A model generated the notes under the pieces. That model was given only the letters and a program-made list of their open reading frames with translations. It made no database searches and was not told the origin of the DNA. A stretch of 64,000 nt of DNA from a virus, in the IMG/VR virus record IMGVR_UViG_3300035663_000004, positions 1 through 64,000 of that record; one strand, given 5' to 3'. The position numbers were made by a program, and so were the translations under genes. Positions 29,276 through 37,612 of the stretch are shown here, piece by piece. How positions within the stretch are numbered: the stretch's first letter is position 1; each line of letters opens with the position of its first letter.

Positions 29276-29719
29276 CTAAATTTCTCCGTTGTCGGCAAAG
29301 CTGTAAAAATCGCCGTCGGGGGCTAAAATAATATGATCTAACAGAATAATATCTAACAATTTCCCCGCGTCGGCTATCGCCTTAGTTAGTTTCCGGTCTG
29401 CATCGCTGGGCCGGAGTTCTCCGCTCGGGTGGTTGTGCGCAATAATTAGCGCGCTGGCAAGACCTTTGCAGGCGGCCCCAAAAAGTATTTTTAAATCTAC
29501 AACTGTGCCGGCTATACCTCCGGCGGATAATTCTACAAGGCCTAAAACTTGGTTCCTTCTGTTTAGCAGGAGCGCTTTAAACTCCTCCTGCATTTCGATT
29601 TTTTTCGGGTTCCAGCTTTCGCGTAAAATTTCGTGCGCTGAATGCGACCCGGTAATTTTCGGCCGGTCTTTGGCTTTTACTTTGGCGCTATAAAAAAGGC
29701 TTATTTCCGCAACTTCCAT
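29276..29719 (-). CDS. radC: RadC / JAB (MPN+) domain protein
   Basis: QEEFKALLLN, GGIAGTVVD, HNHPSG..PSDAD, LLDHII. Confidence 0.93.
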   Translation of the reverse strand: MEVAEISLFYSAKVKAKDRPKITGSHSAHEILRESWNPKKIEMQEEFKALLLNRRNQVLGLVELSAGGIAGTVVDLKILFGAACKGLASALIIAHNHPSGELRPSDADRKLTKAIADAGKLLDIILLDHIILAPDGDFYSFADNGEI

Positions 29720-29771
29720 TTTTTATAAAAATTTGCCCGCTCTCGGTTATGAGGGCGGGCGGGTGAAATAA

Positions 29772-29969
29772 TTATTTTTCTGCTGGTTTAAAAAGCGCGT
29801 GCGCTGCAAATTTGTTACCGATAAAGTCTTCTATATTAAAAAAGGCAATTTTTCCGGATTTGTTGCGCTTATCGTATTGTTTTACCTTCCATCCTTTGCG
29901 GGTTCTCTGTAAAAGTTCTACTTTTATGTCCGCGTAAAAAACGTGCTGCCAAACTTGCCCTACTTCCAT
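29772..29969 (-). CDS. Small hypothetical early protein
   Basis: 65 aa, bracketed by repeat copies 2 and 3. Confidence 0.6.
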   Translation of the reverse strand: MEVGQVWQHVFYADIKVELLQRTRKGWKVKQYDKRNKSGKIAFFNIEDFIGNKFAAHALFKPAEK

Positions 29970-30019
29970 GTTTTAAAATTTTGCCCGCTCTCGGTTATGA
30001 GGGCGGGCGGGTGAAAAAA

Positions 30020-30334
30020 TTATTGTTGTTCTGGCTTCGGTTTGTCTGCTTGCGCGTGTTCGGGGTATCGCCTCAAAAACCCCAACCAAAAAGCCGGATA
30101 AACTTCTGCGAATTCGGGCGGGTTTAGTATTGCGGCGCGCTCAGAAAATATATATTCTTTTTGTGCTGTGCTGTGTTCTCCGGTTGCCAAATCGAAAACT
30201 TGGTAAAAGCCGGGGCGCTCTATTGCGACTACCGCCAAAATATAGTATTGAAATCTTGCTACCGCTGTTTGGCCGGGTTCGCAATATACTTCTAAATTGT
30301 CGGCTATGATGGCAAAAAACGGGGGCTTTTTCAC
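30020..30334 (-). CDS. Hypothetical early protein
   Basis: 104-aa ORF. Confidence 0.55.
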   Translation of the reverse strand: MKKPPFFAIIADNLEVYCEPGQTAVARFQYYILAVVAIERPGFYQVFDLATGEHSTAQKEYIFSERAAILNPPEFAEVYPAFWLGFLRRYPEHAQADKPKPEQQ

Positions 30335-30702
30335 GGGTTGCGCTCTTTTTGGGTAAAATAAGAGTCTTCTTCCTCGTCGCCGAAATATCCGTTTTCCTGC
30401 AAATATTCGATGGCTTCAGCGTCCCAGTATTCGGGCGCGTTGTCTTGCAAAAATATTGCAGCGTCTGCGGCATCTTCGTTGTCGTCTCGAAATAGCGCCA
30501 CTACTTCGTAATAACTGCCGAAATCGTGCGGGAAAGATTGCCTTTTCAGGCGTATTTTTTCGCACTTTTCCGGGTGCTTCCTGCGCAGTTGGTCGGCATA
30601 TGCAGCGCACTCAAGGCGCGCGCGCTCTGAATAGTCGGGGTCCCCTACTTGCGCGCATTGTTCCCCGTGGGGGGTCGGGCCCAGTTCTATGTAATCTATC
30701 AT
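30331..30702 (-). CDS. Acidic hypothetical early protein
   Basis: ELGPTPHGEQCAQVG..FPHDFGSYYEV..PEYWD. Confidence 0.65.
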   Translation of the reverse strand: MIDYIELGPTPHGEQCAQVGDPDYSERARLECAAYADQLRRKHPEKCEKIRLKRQSFPHDFGSYYEVVALFRDDNEDAADAAIFLQDNAPEYWDAEAIEYLQENGYFGDEEEDSYFTQKERNP

Positions 30703-30787
30703 TTTTGAAAAAATTTAGGTTATCTAAAAATAATGGATGTCAAAACGGCGTAAAACAGCCATTTAAAAAGTTTTTTGGCGCGTTTTC

Positions 30788-31255
30788 TCATTCGGTTATC
30801 CTTTGAACCTTAAAAAAATTCCGGTGGTACATTAGGTACCTCGTTGCTTCTTCAAGGATGTTAACCGGCCCTTCGCTGCCGTCCTTCAAGTAACACCAAC
30901 CAAAAAAAGTAGTATCTATTCCCATTTGCCGGGCTGCGTCTGCCCAGCTTTGCGGTATCGCGGTATCTATTTCGGCGTCGGGGCGCAAAACGGCGTCTGC
31001 GACTTCCCGTTTATTTGCCCAGATTGAAAAAAGCGCGCGCGAAATATAGGCGGCTGAATCATACGCGGGCGGCCGCATATCAAAAAGTTTTTTCTGCTGC
31101 CAAGGCAAAAAAAGCGCATCGGCGGCGGCGCGTAATTGTGCGCTGGGTTGAAGCTCTTCCTGCATTGTGAAGCCGTCAAACGTGAAAAAATTCCGTTTTT
31201 TTGCTCTATTCGAGTCAAAAAAATACTTTTTTTCCTCAAAAAATAGACTTTCCAT
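30788..31255 (-). CDS. Hypothetical early protein
   Basis: 155-aa ORF; start uncertain. Confidence 0.45.
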   Translation of the reverse strand: MESLFFEEKKYFFDSNRAKKRNFFTFDGFTMQEELQPSAQLRAAADALFLPWQQKKLFDMRPPAYDSAAYISRALFSIWANKREVADAVLRPDAEIDTAIPQSWADAARQMGIDTTFFGWCYLKDGSEGPVNILEEATRYLMYHRNFFKVQRITE

Positions 31256-31266
31256 GTTGAAAAAAT

Positions 31267-31704
31267 TTAATTTTTAAATATAAAAAAATATTGTCCCTCG
31301 TATGGTTGCTCTCTTTCGTGTCCGTCATAACTGGCAAGCTGCGGCCCGCGGCCGTCGTATCTCAATACATCATCTATCCATCTGTCCAAATCAAAATATG
31401 GTAACAAGTCTTTCGATATTTCGTGCGCATAGCACTCGAAAAAAATATTTTCTACGCGGGCGCGGGCTGCTTCGTCTGCTTCCGCGTCTGTAAGGACCAA
31501 GTACTCGTATCTGCCTATTGTGTAGGTGTCGCCGTCTCGCGTCTCTTCAATGTCTTGCAATGTTTGGGCGTCTTCTTCCGATATTTCGCCGTTTTCGTCT
31601 GGCTCTGCAATGATTTCAAGGTGTAGCGCAAGCGCTACGACCTTTGCGGCGTATTCATATACTGAAACGCGCGTTTCGTTGTCGTGGTCGTGGTCGTTGT
31701 GCAT
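31267..31704 (-). CDS. Acidic protein, ArdA-like antirestriction/DNA-mimic candidate
   Basis: Very D/E-rich; ISKDLLPYFDLDRWIDD resembles the ArdA C-terminal motif; DGRG..LASYDG. Confidence 0.5.
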   Translation of the reverse strand: MHNDHDHDNETRVSVYEYAAKVVALALHLEIIAEPDENGEISEEDAQTLQDIEETRDGDTYTIGRYEYLVLTDAEADEAARARVENIFFECYAHEISKDLLPYFDLDRWIDDVLRYDGRGPQLASYDGHEREQPYEGQYFFIFKN

Positions 31705-31735
31705 TTGAAAAAAAATTGTGAAGTGAAAAAATAAG

Positions 31736-32149
31736 TTATGGGTGTGCCTTAATGATTTTAAAATTTGCGGTCGGCATTAGCAGCGCTGCAGCCTCCTGCA
31801 CCGTGTCGGGCTGGTCGTTGCCTTGGTTGTCGCGGTGAAACTTCTCTAACTGGTCGGCGCTGACTCCCTGCGCGCTTAGCGCTTCTGATAGCGCGGTAAT
31901 TAGTGCGTCCTGCCTGCGGTCGTATCCGTATCCGCCGGCGCGGGCGCCTCCTTCGCTCCATCGTTTAGGATAGTCGGCGGTTGGGTTGTAAATCCATACG
32001 CAACACGACGCGCGCGCGTCGGTTTCATAGAAACGGGCCGTTATGACCTCGCAAATTTGCGGGCCGTCTTCTGTATTGATGATGGTTAGTACTGAAATTT
32101 GCGCGCTGAAGTGTTTTGCGCGGCGGTTCGATATTATACTATGGTACAT
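31736..32149 (-). CDS. Hypothetical early protein
   Basis: 137 aa; GARAGGYGYDR motif. Confidence 0.6.
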   Translation of the reverse strand: MYHSIISNRRAKHFSAQISVLTIINTEDGPQICEVITARFYETDARASCCVWIYNPTADYPKRWSEGGARAGGYGYDRRQDALITALSEALSAQGVSADQLEKFHRDNQGNDQPDTVQEAAALLMPTANFKIIKAHP

Positions 32150-32177
32150 GGTATTTGTTTTTAAAGTTTAAAAAAAA

Positions 32178-32378
32178 TTATATACCGTCTTCGCTTGCCA
32201 TTATTCCGATAATAGCGCCAACAAGCGCAAACGCTGCATGGTAAAGCGTCCAAAGTACCCACAAAAGAATGTTTAACCTTTCGGGGCAGTAAGCGCTTCC
32301 GGCTGTTGCTGCGGCCAAAAATCCAGCGCCAACAAGCAAAGAAAAAACAATACTTAACACAATAATCAAATAACGCAT
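32178..32378 (-). CDS. Small two-TM membrane protein
   Basis: Two hydrophobic stretches. Confidence 0.6.
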   Translation of the reverse strand: MRYLIIVLSIVFSLLVGAGFLAAATAGSAYCPERLNILLWVLWTLYHAAFALVGAIIGIMASEDGI

Positions 32379-32406
32379 AATTTTAATATTTTAAATTGAA
32401 AAAATT

Positions 32407-32482
32407 TAGCCTGCCTCGTCAGGTGCGGGGGGCAAGTTCCGCACTACGCCGCGGGGTCGCGGCGTTTCGGCTTATCGGGCTA
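32407..32482 (-). ncRNA. Type II hammerhead ribozyme
   Basis: Minus strand: UAGCC-cgauaa-GCC GAAA CGCCGCG accc CGCGGCG UA^ GUGCGG (10-nt loop) CCGCAC CUGACGA GGC-a-GGCUA; all core nucleotides and three helices present. Confidence 0.9.
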
Positions 32483-32600
32483 TCCGAGTCCCGCAGCCTT
32501 CGCCGACTTTGCCGATGCCGTGGGAAGTTGCGCAGGATTGCAGGCAGATGGCACCGAAAATAAGCGCGAAAACAAAAGTAACAAAAGTAGATTTTTTCAT
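32472..32600 (-). CDS. 42-aa lipoprotein (entericidin-like)
   Basis: Manual translation MKKSTFVTFVFALIFGAICLQSC-ATSHGIGKVGEGCGTRIAR*; lipobox LQSC; below the ORF-track cutoff. Confidence 0.7.
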   Translation of the reverse strand: MKKSTFVTFVFALIFGAICLQSCATSHGIGKVGEGCGTRIAR

Positions 32601-32640
32601 GGCGTAAAAATAAATTTAACTGTTAAATAAAATGATAGCA

Positions 32641-32671
32641 CAAAGATAAGGGCGCTTTTTGCATCTGTCAA
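32641..32671 (-). promoter_or_regulatory. Early-operon promoter (TTG -33 / TATCTTTG -7)
   Basis: Plus-strand CAAAGATA at 32641-48 and caa at 32669-71, 20-nt spacer. Confidence 0.7.
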
Positions 32672-33180
32672 GTATTTTTTCCCTGTTAACATTTCATTAA
32701 CAAATAGGAATATAGTAATAATAGGAACGCGCGCGCGCGTATGTGTGTGCGGGCTGCGCTGTCCTTCTCCCTACCTTTGCCCCTACCTTTCTCCTTACCT
32801 GAATTACGGGCAGCGCGTGGAGTATTGCGCGCGCTGGTCGCGTTCGCTGCGCCGGTGCCGTCCGTCTGTGCGCGCGTCTGCTGCTGCTGCTATCTTTTGG
32901 CCTACTCTTTTCCCTTGTTTCTTTTTGCGCGGTTATTTAATGCGCTGGGCTGCAATACATTACGCGCGTTTGTTGAATGTATGCGTATTAATGCAAGTTT
33001 GTTTTGCGCCTCCATTTAAGCGATTCCGGCCGAGCTTGCGCACGAATCGCGCGCGCCGGATATATAGGAAACGCGCGCCCGGGGTGGTTTGCGATTTCGA
33101 TTTCGGAACGCCGCCGACCGCCCCACCACCTATACATCAACCGGCAGCGTGTATCCTAATTAAAAAAAACAAGAAAAAAA

Positions 33181-33212
33181 TTTGCTATCAATAATAATCG
33201 CCTGTATCTTTG
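33181..33212 (+). promoter_or_regulatory. Promoter for the chaperonin/fibre operon (TTTG -33 / TATCTTTG -7)
   Basis: TTTG 33181-84, TATCTTTG 33205-12, 20-nt spacer. Confidence 0.75.
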
Positions 33213-33241
33213 CCACACATTTTTTAACTAAAAACAAAACT

Positions 33242-33352
33242 ATGCAGCAACAACAACGCTATCGAACTCCAATCCTGCCATGGATTCTACTGCTCACTTC
33301 CGCCTTGGCTTTGGCCTGTTTCTTTGTCGAGGCAAAATCGTTAACAATCTAA
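33242..33352 (+). CDS. 36-aa single-TM peptide
   Basis: MQQQQRYRTPILPWILLLTSALALACFFVEAKSLTI*, A-rich leader. Confidence 0.45.
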   Translation: MQQQQRYRTPILPWILLLTSALALACFFVEAKSLTI

Positions 33353-33365
33353 AAAACAATCGACA

Positions 33366-33740
33366 ATGTTTACAGAAAAAGACCTTGTTGCTTTTGGAAA
33401 CTATGTTGTTTCCGACCAGTTCATTTTTGACTCCGCCTTTGCGTTCGGCTTCGGCCTGTCCAACATGGACAACATCACGGACGAAGACTTGTCGCTATTC
33501 CATTCCAACCATGACCGCCTGCTGGAGGCTGAAGTTGTCGGGTCATACACCAAAACTCAAATGGTGTCTTTTGCCCGCTATATGCGCAGCGATGAACGCG
33601 CTCAGCGGATCATGGATTTGATTACTGACCCGGAAACTTTTGAACTAAATGAGGACGAATTGATGAGCGGCTATCTGATTGCGATGCGACAGGTAAGTGA
33701 TGCCGACATTGAAAACTGGAAACTGTTGGCGTATGCTTAA
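33366..33740 (+). CDS. Hypothetical acidic protein
   Basis: Internal repeat FTEKDLVAFGNYV / YTKTQMVSFARYM; VSDADIENW. Confidence 0.6.
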   Translation: MFTEKDLVAFGNYVVSDQFIFDSAFAFGFGLSNMDNITDEDLSLFHSNHDRLLEAEVVGSYTKTQMVSFARYMRSDERAQRIMDLITDPETFELNEDELMSGYLIAMRQVSDADIENWKLLAYA

Positions 33741-34086
33741 TTGGAAGTTTTTGGCCTTTCAGGCGGTTGCGTGTTTTTTTTACCACGTTTCGCTGGAAAT
33801 GTACGAATTTGACGCTCGGACGTTTGCCTGGATATTCATGTTGGTTTTCGATATGCTTTTATTTCCGCTCCCGCTGGTCGTTCTTTTGTCGTACATGGTT
33901 TTACAAGGTCAATCTATTTCGGGCTGGAGTCGTTTGGTTCACGCGCTTTATGCGGCCAACGTTTTGTCTGTACTATGGCGTTACCAATCTGAAGTATTAA
34001 ACCCTTTGGTTGTATTTGCTATCATTATTTTTTTAACAACTTATACAATTTTACTACGTTATGGGTTACTACCCTCAGTCAGATAA
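33733..34086 (+). CDS. Membrane protein (about 4 TM)
   Basis: Hydrophobic; likely start MLNWKF at 33733. Confidence 0.55.
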   Translation: MLNWKFLAFQAVACFFYHVSLEMYEFDARTFAWIFMLVFDMLLFPLPLVVLLSYMVLQGQSISGWSRLVHALYAANVLSVLWRYQSEVLNPLVVFAIIIFLTTYTILLRYGLLPSVR

Positions 34087-35653
34087 GACAAAGTTTTGTC
34101 AAGGCGTTGAAATGATGCTCCGTGTTGTTGGTTCAACGATGGGGCCGGGCGGGAATCCGGTTCTTGAATGCGCCGGGCTGGATGCTTCGTATCGTCGCCT
34201 CATCCGGGACGGCAAAGAAACGCTGAAACTGATTCAGCCGAACGACCCGGAAATGTATGAGCCTATTGCCCGAATGAAAGATGTCGCGGAGGCTGTCGTC
34301 CGGCGTGCTGGCGACGCCACAAGTACGGCTACGATCATTTTGGGCAGCGCTTTTCTTCATATCGAAAAGGCTATTAAGGATCACCCGGAACTGAACCGGA
34401 GCCGTATTGCCTTTCACGTTCGGCAGGCTTCAAAGATTGCTTTGGCTGAACTTGAAAAGCGCAAATTGCAGGTTACTACAAGTCAGGACTTGGAGAACGT
34501 TGCAACGATTTGCGCGGCCGGGGATCGTGAAATCGGGTCTGTTATCGGTTCGATGATTGAAAAGATTGGTGCGGACGGGACTGTCAAGGTTGAATACCAC
34601 GACAAACCGGGTGTTGAGGCGGTAATTGTTCCGGGCTACAAGTTCCAGGGCGGTGTGTACGGCATTGACCAATACAATGGTCGGCGCGGCCTCGAATTGG
34701 ACAACCCTCGTGTTGTCGTTGTCGGCGACGAAACGGGTTTGGTGGATTACAAGATGGATGTTGCCCCTATTTTGGCGGAAGCGCAAAAGTTTGGCGACAA
34801 CCGTCCGCTGGTGGTATTCGTGTTGTCTGCCGAAGGGTCTGCCCGCGCTACGTTGCTTCGTCCTTTTGTAAATGGTGCGGATGGCAACACGTTCCGTGCG
34901 CCTGTTTGGCTGGTTCGCATTGGTGCTGGCGGTGTAAATACCTGCGCGGACATTAGTGCTGTTACCGGGGCAACCTTGTTTGGCAAGTTGAACGGCAAAA
35001 TGATTTCCAAGATCAAGGATTCGGACTTTGGCGAAGCGGCTTCGATTGTTGCTACTACGGAATCCGTAACGATTGTTTCTTCGGACGATCAAAAGGCGTC
35101 TGTAAAGGATTATGTGAAGCGGTTGGAGGCTTCGATTGCCGAACATCCGGAGCTGGAGGAAAAAACGCGCGAACGCATTGCTGCGGTAACGGGGGGTGTT
35201 GGATTGATTCGCGTTCCGGCTTCTACGCAATCTTCCGGCTTCTACTATCAGGAGGTTGTTGACGACGCTTGGCGGGCTACGCGGGCGGCTATCAACGGCG
35301 GTGTTTTGCCTGGCGGCGGGGCTGCGTTATCAGGTGTTGCTGAAAATCTATTCTCGATTCATGCAACGGCTTGGTCGGAGGAGGCATTGGTGTACGATGC
35401 CATTGGTCATGCCTTTTACGGTGTATTGAAGACGGTGTGTAACAATGCCGGATTTGAAGTTGACTGGGGTAATATTGAATTTGGTTATGGTAAGACTTAC
35501 GACATTGTTTCCGGTGAAATGAATGTAAGCTCGCTTGAGTGCGGGGTAATTGATTCTGCTCCTGCGATTATGGCTGCTGTTGAATTGGCTTTGGCTGAAC
35601 TTGCTTTGTGGGTCAATTCGGAGTATTTGTTGGTTCAAAAATTTGAGCAATGA
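34061..35653 (+). CDS. groEL: Divergent phage-encoded group I chaperonin (GroEL-like)
   Basis: VGSTMGPGG, IRDGKET, AGDATSTAT, ADISAVTGA, ERIAAVTGGVGLIRV, VDDAWRATRAA..GVLPGGG, GVID; 530 aa. Confidence 0.9.
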   Translation: MGYYPQSDKTKFCQGVEMMLRVVGSTMGPGGNPVLECAGLDASYRRLIRDGKETLKLIQPNDPEMYEPIARMKDVAEAVVRRAGDATSTATIILGSAFLHIEKAIKDHPELNRSRIAFHVRQASKIALAELEKRKLQVTTSQDLENVATICAAGDREIGSVIGSMIEKIGADGTVKVEYHDKPGVEAVIVPGYKFQGGVYGIDQYNGRRGLELDNPRVVVVGDETGLVDYKMDVAPILAEAQKFGDNRPLVVFVLSAEGSARATLLRPFVNGADGNTFRAPVWLVRIGAGGVNTCADISAVTGATLFGKLNGKMISKIKDSDFGEAASIVATTESVTIVSSDDQKASVKDYVKRLEASIAEHPELEEKTRERIAAVTGGVGLIRVPASTQSSGFYYQEVVDDAWRATRAAINGGVLPGGGAALSGVAENLFSIHATAWSEEALVYDAIGHAFYGVLKTVCNNAGFEVDWGNIEFGYGKTYDIVSGEMNVSSLECGVIDSAPAIMAAVELALAELALWVNSEYLLVQKFEQ

Positions 35654-35964
35654 TAATAGTAACTGAAAAGGAGTTCAAGGCCATGCAGCCCGGACTAAAC
35701 CGGGTATTGGTTATTCCGGACGTTGACGATCACGTTGACGCCGCTACGGGCATTCAGATTGCGCGTGACGAAAGCGAGCGCGAACAGGGTGTTATTGTGG
35801 CTTCTTCTGATGACGCCGTAAAGGCCGGGTATAAGGTAGGCGACCATATTGTGTATGCCAAGACAAGCATGGAGGTTTTTGAGTGCGAGGTTAATTTTGG
35901 TGACAGGGTTAATACGCTTCGGCTTCGTGTTGTTGACTGGCACGATATTGCTTTAAAATATTAG
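35650..35964 (+). CDS. groES: GroES-like co-chaperonin
   Basis: QPGLNRVLV, ATGIQI mobile loop, QGVIVA, YKVGDHIVY, DWHDIAL. Confidence 0.85.
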   Translation: MIIVTEKEFKAMQPGLNRVLVIPDVDDHVDAATGIQIARDESEREQGVIVASSDDAVKAGYKVGDHIVYAKTSMEVFECEVNFGDRVNTLRLRVVDWHDIALKY

Positions 35965-35968
35965 GCTT

Positions 35969-36262
35969 ATGACAAGATTGCAGCAAATTGGTGTTTTATT
36001 GATTGCCCTGCATATCGTGTTTAGTTTCACGGGTGTGTATCGGGCTGTTTCTGCTCCGAGTTACGATGTGTATGTTTACACGGGTAATCAGGGGTATTTG
36101 TTCAAGGACGTCCGGGTTGGTTTTTCCAACTTATGCGTTGTTCCGGACAGTTCCGGTGTTTTGGTTTTGTATTCCGGTGTTGCCGGGAAGGAAATATCTG
36201 TGTCGGGTGTAAAGAGTTGTGATATTGTTGCTGTACGAAAACCGCTTTTGTTCCCATGGTAG
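35969..36262 (+). CDS. Hypothetical protein with N-terminal TM/signal
   Basis: 97 aa with hydrophobic N-terminus. Confidence 0.5.
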   Translation: MTRLQQIGVLLIALHIVFSFTGVYRAVSAPSYDVYVYTGNQGYLFKDVRVGFSNLCVVPDSSGVLVLYSGVAGKEISVSGVKSCDIVAVRKPLLFPW

Positions 36263-36957
36263 GAGATTTGTCTTTATATGTTGAAGTCGCTCCGGTTGGG
36301 GACGTTTCTTTTGACAAGGACACGGGGGTGTTGGTCAATGATTTTGTGGATGTCCATATTCTGCGTTCCCTGCTTGTCCGTGTTGTTTCCATACCGGGGC
36401 GGCTTCCGTATTATCGCCATGAGGTAGAGGCTGTTGGTTCGATGTACAAAAAGAGCAAGTCTCGGTTTGTGTCGGAATGGTCTCAACGGATGACGCACCG
36501 TAGTTGCGAGTACGATGTTCCTGTTGAGGTGTCTGTTGGGGACTTGGTTTTAATGCAGCACTTACCGAATTTGGAGCAGCCGGAAGGTGTGCGGTATGTT
36601 AGGTACGATCAGCTGGTTGCCCGGCTTATGAAGTTATCCGGGGGGTTGTATCCTTTGAATGGCCACCTGTTGTTGCGAATGCCGGAAGACGAAAAGGGGT
36701 ATATTGATCCTAAGTATAAGTGGCGAAATTCTTTGACGCGCGGTGAAGTGATTGCGCAAGGGTGTGCGGTAAGGGGGTACAAGCGTTGGCCTGGGTTTCG
36801 GGACAAAGTTTCTGAAAACTGGGTTGGCAGGACGGTTTATTTCCGGCCTTACAGCGCGGTTAGGATTGAGAATGATACGCACCGGACGATGGATTATTCT
36901 TCTCCGTGGCCATATTATCGAATTAGCAAGCCGCAAATCTTATCATGGACGGACTAA
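36256..36957 (+). CDS. Tandem GroES-like domain protein
   Basis: EVSVGDLVL..VRYDQLVA, then YPLNGHLLLR..RGEVIAQG..VGRTVYF. Confidence 0.55.
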   Translation: MVGDLSLYVEVAPVGDVSFDKDTGVLVNDFVDVHILRSLLVRVVSIPGRLPYYRHEVEAVGSMYKKSKSRFVSEWSQRMTHRSCEYDVPVEVSVGDLVLMQHLPNLEQPEGVRYVRYDQLVARLMKLSGGLYPLNGHLLLRMPEDEKGYIDPKYKWRNSLTRGEVIAQGCAVRGYKRWPGFRDKVSENWVGRTVYFRPYSAVRIENDTHRTMDYSSPWPYYRISKPQILSWTD

Positions 36958-37586
36958 CGGGTGTACTGCAATTTGACACGACAAAGATGCGGATTGATCC
37001 GCAGGCAAGCGGGATGCTTTGGGAACGGTATCCGGAACTTGCTATGCGGAAAAACCTTTGCAGTATTGATACGTTTACATTTAGTCAGTTAGATGAGGAG
37101 CCTGTTTCTTTGCAGGATTTGAATAAAACGATTATCTTTGTGGCGTATTTCTGCGATCCGGGCAGTCCGTTTTTTTCGGAGGTTGTTTTGGATCACCGCA
37201 TGAAGGTTTGTTTGGATGCGGCTGGAATTACGGGTAGGTTGAGGACGCTGGTTTTGTCGCGGCATTGGTGGGTTTCGAGGGTTATGACAGAATATTTGAA
37301 ATTAGTGCATAGCCATGAGTTTGAGTTGTGGTTGAGTTTGTCAATGGACTATGCGGAAAAAATGGCATATTTGCGGCTACCGCTTACATCTTTTGTTGAC
37401 AATATGGAAAGCGCAATGAATGCCCGCGATAAGGTACAGAAAAGCGCTCCGGCGCTGAAGGATGAAATCAAAAAGTTAGAGACAAAGTTGTTCCCGAATG
37501 CCTATGTAGTGGATGCGGCTGTGGAAACAATAACAGCGGACGGTATAGGGGGTTGGGCGGAATACTTTGCGATGGATAAAGAATGA
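36945..37586 (+). CDS. Hypothetical helical phage protein
   Basis: 213 aa; ends GGWAEYFA. Confidence 0.55.
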   Translation: MDGLTGVLQFDTTKMRIDPQASGMLWERYPELAMRKNLCSIDTFTFSQLDEEPVSLQDLNKTIIFVAYFCDPGSPFFSEVVLDHRMKVCLDAAGITGRLRTLVLSRHWWVSRVMTEYLKLVHSHEFELWLSLSMDYAEKMAYLRLPLTSFVDNMESAMNARDKVQKSAPALKDEIKKLETKLFPNAYVVDAAVETITADGIGGWAEYFAMDKE

Positions 37587-37612
37587 ATTTTTTAAAAATA
37601 AAATCAAGTAGT

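Larger units (their letters stand above)
29232..30016 (-). repeat. Three copies of a 37-bp intergenic hairpin element (29232-29268, 29732-29768, 29980-30016)
   Basis: tttgcccgctctcggttatgagggcg[c/g]gcgggtgaaa, each about 10-12 nt before a minus-strand ATG. Confidence 0.9.

Noticed and set aside
29232-30016. CRISPR array or integron attC sites
   Set aside because: Spacers are whole genes of unequal length, there are no cas genes, and the attC RYYYAAC/GTTRRRY ends are missing
32741-33194. ORFs of 92 and 149 aa in the divergent gap
   Set aside because: Translations of low-complexity sequence with no protein-like features
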